A DNA stretch of 63,561 bases, the filler included, from Basidiobolus ranarum (taxonomy: Eukaryota): the NCBI GenBank assembly GCA_040143965.1. It is 40 parts of 40 records of this genome, joined end to end, with 100 filler letters (N's around TTAATTAATTAA, not from the genome) between each part and the next. Parts side by side here need not be neighbours in the genome. Positions count along the whole stretch, not along the records: positions 62,078 to 63,561 come from JASJQH010011916.1; 39 more parts are not named here. One strand, 5' to 3'. Every line of letters starts with the position of its first letter. Within the stretch, counting starts at the first letter, position 1. Positions 62,542 to 63,561 of this stretch are shown in pieces. The notes below the pieces were generated by a model, which saw nothing but the letters and a program-made list of their open reading frames with translations, was not told the origin of the DNA and ran no database searches. Both the position numbers and the translations under genes were made by a program.

Positions 62542-63109
62542 GGTAAAATTCCCTACATTCTGTATGATAAAATTTCTGTGTGTTTATTATCCTAATTATT
62601 TCAATTATGTGTAATTGGATGGAAATTATATAATAAACTGCATCTGCAAAGTTAATCATAGTTTGATCCAAATCAATTTATTTAGCATACATACCAAAAC
62701 AGCTCAAAACAGAATGCATTATGCTTGATCCCACTAAAGAAAATTAACTTTGACATTTTTGACCATTAATAGAAAAAGATCCCTGATTCTGATTGAAAGC
62801 AATAAAGTCTAACATCATACATATGCATAATAGTTATGTATCATGTCAAAACAGATTCTTCCTGATTCACATCCTACTTTGGTATAGGAAACCACCACTT
62901 CCAAAATATTGCATATGCAGTCAAATGAAGGTGTGGGTGATGGAAAGCAGTGCATGCCTAATGATTTTACAGATGACCAGGTATTCACTATGAGTTCTTA
63001 CTTGGATATATTATAGTTATTGATAAACTTGATAGACGCTAGGGAAGAGGGCATCAGACAAAAGTGGAAGCACCTTTTGACTTGGCTTTGGAAAGAATAG
63101 TATTTCTTC

Positions 63110-63448
63110 ATGCCTTCAGAAGTCTGCAAGAAAATATACCATAAGACTCATGAGGATAGAAAGTGTGAATTGAGAAATAGGAATTTTGATTTTGAGTCCG
63201 CAAAGACACAATTTAAATTCCATTTTTGCTTGTATGGACCAGAAGCAACTGTTGTGGCCTTAACTTTAGAGGCAAAAGATGTTCTAAATAGATATCTACC
63301 ACTGCTCAATGAGACTTTGCAGCAACTGTTGATGGAGGTTGCAGAGTTCAAAACAACATTTCAGGACACTATGGCAAGAGTAATCAACAGAGGTGTAAAG
63401 AGAAAAGCAAGACAATTTATTGAATCAGAAGATATTCCCATAGGCTAA
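63110..63448 (+). CDS. Unknown ORF divergent from the transposase, possibly an accessory ORF
   Basis: 112-codon ORF in CpG-poor DNA, basic KRKAR motif, no family recognised. Confidence 0.3.
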   Translation: MPSEVCKKIYHKTHEDRKCELRNRNFDFESAKTQFKFHFCLYGPEATVVALTLEAKDVLNRYLPLLNETLQQLLMEVAEFKTTFQDTMARVINRGVKRKARQFIESEDIPIG

Positions 63449-63561
63449 TTGGAGCAGTCTAGATTGTTGCAGAGACATACTAGATCACTCCAAATTGAAG
63501 AGACTCCTGACGAGGTATCTATTTCACAAGAAGAATCTACACAACCCACCACTAGAATTGA

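Overview
This window is not one locus. It is 40 unrelated contigs of about 1.5 kb, falling from 1500 to about 1484 bp, joined by 39 artificial 100-bp linkers (N44-TTAATTAATTAA-N44), so synteny holds only within a contig. The DNA is AT-rich, eukaryotic and has short GT-AG introns. Gene content suggests an early-diverging fungus, possibly Zoopagomycota/Basidiobolus-like (inference). Most contigs are decayed, CpG-depleted, nested transposons: several Ty1/copia families with half-tRNA-type PBS, Ty3/gypsy chromoviruses, a CACTA/EnSpm (Tnp2) transposon with a divergent second ORF, and an ISL2EU/Harbinger-like transposase. Two contigs hold an 84-bp satellite. Host gene fragments include an ABCG transporter, a polyQ protein, a head-to-head PEPCK pair, a Zn2Cys6 factor, a tail-to-tail pair of CBM19-like chitin-binding proteins, an NmrA-like reductase and two repeat-rich proteins. 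The best lead is a Ty3-like LTR family lying exactly 11 bp upstream of two different tRNA-like genes in two contigs, suggesting tRNA/Pol III-targeted integration. The next is a pseudogenised thioesterase domain resembling atromentin/quinone-synthetase NRPS-like enzymes. All family calls come from motif recognition by eye; no searches were run. LTR family letters (A-H) are my own labels.
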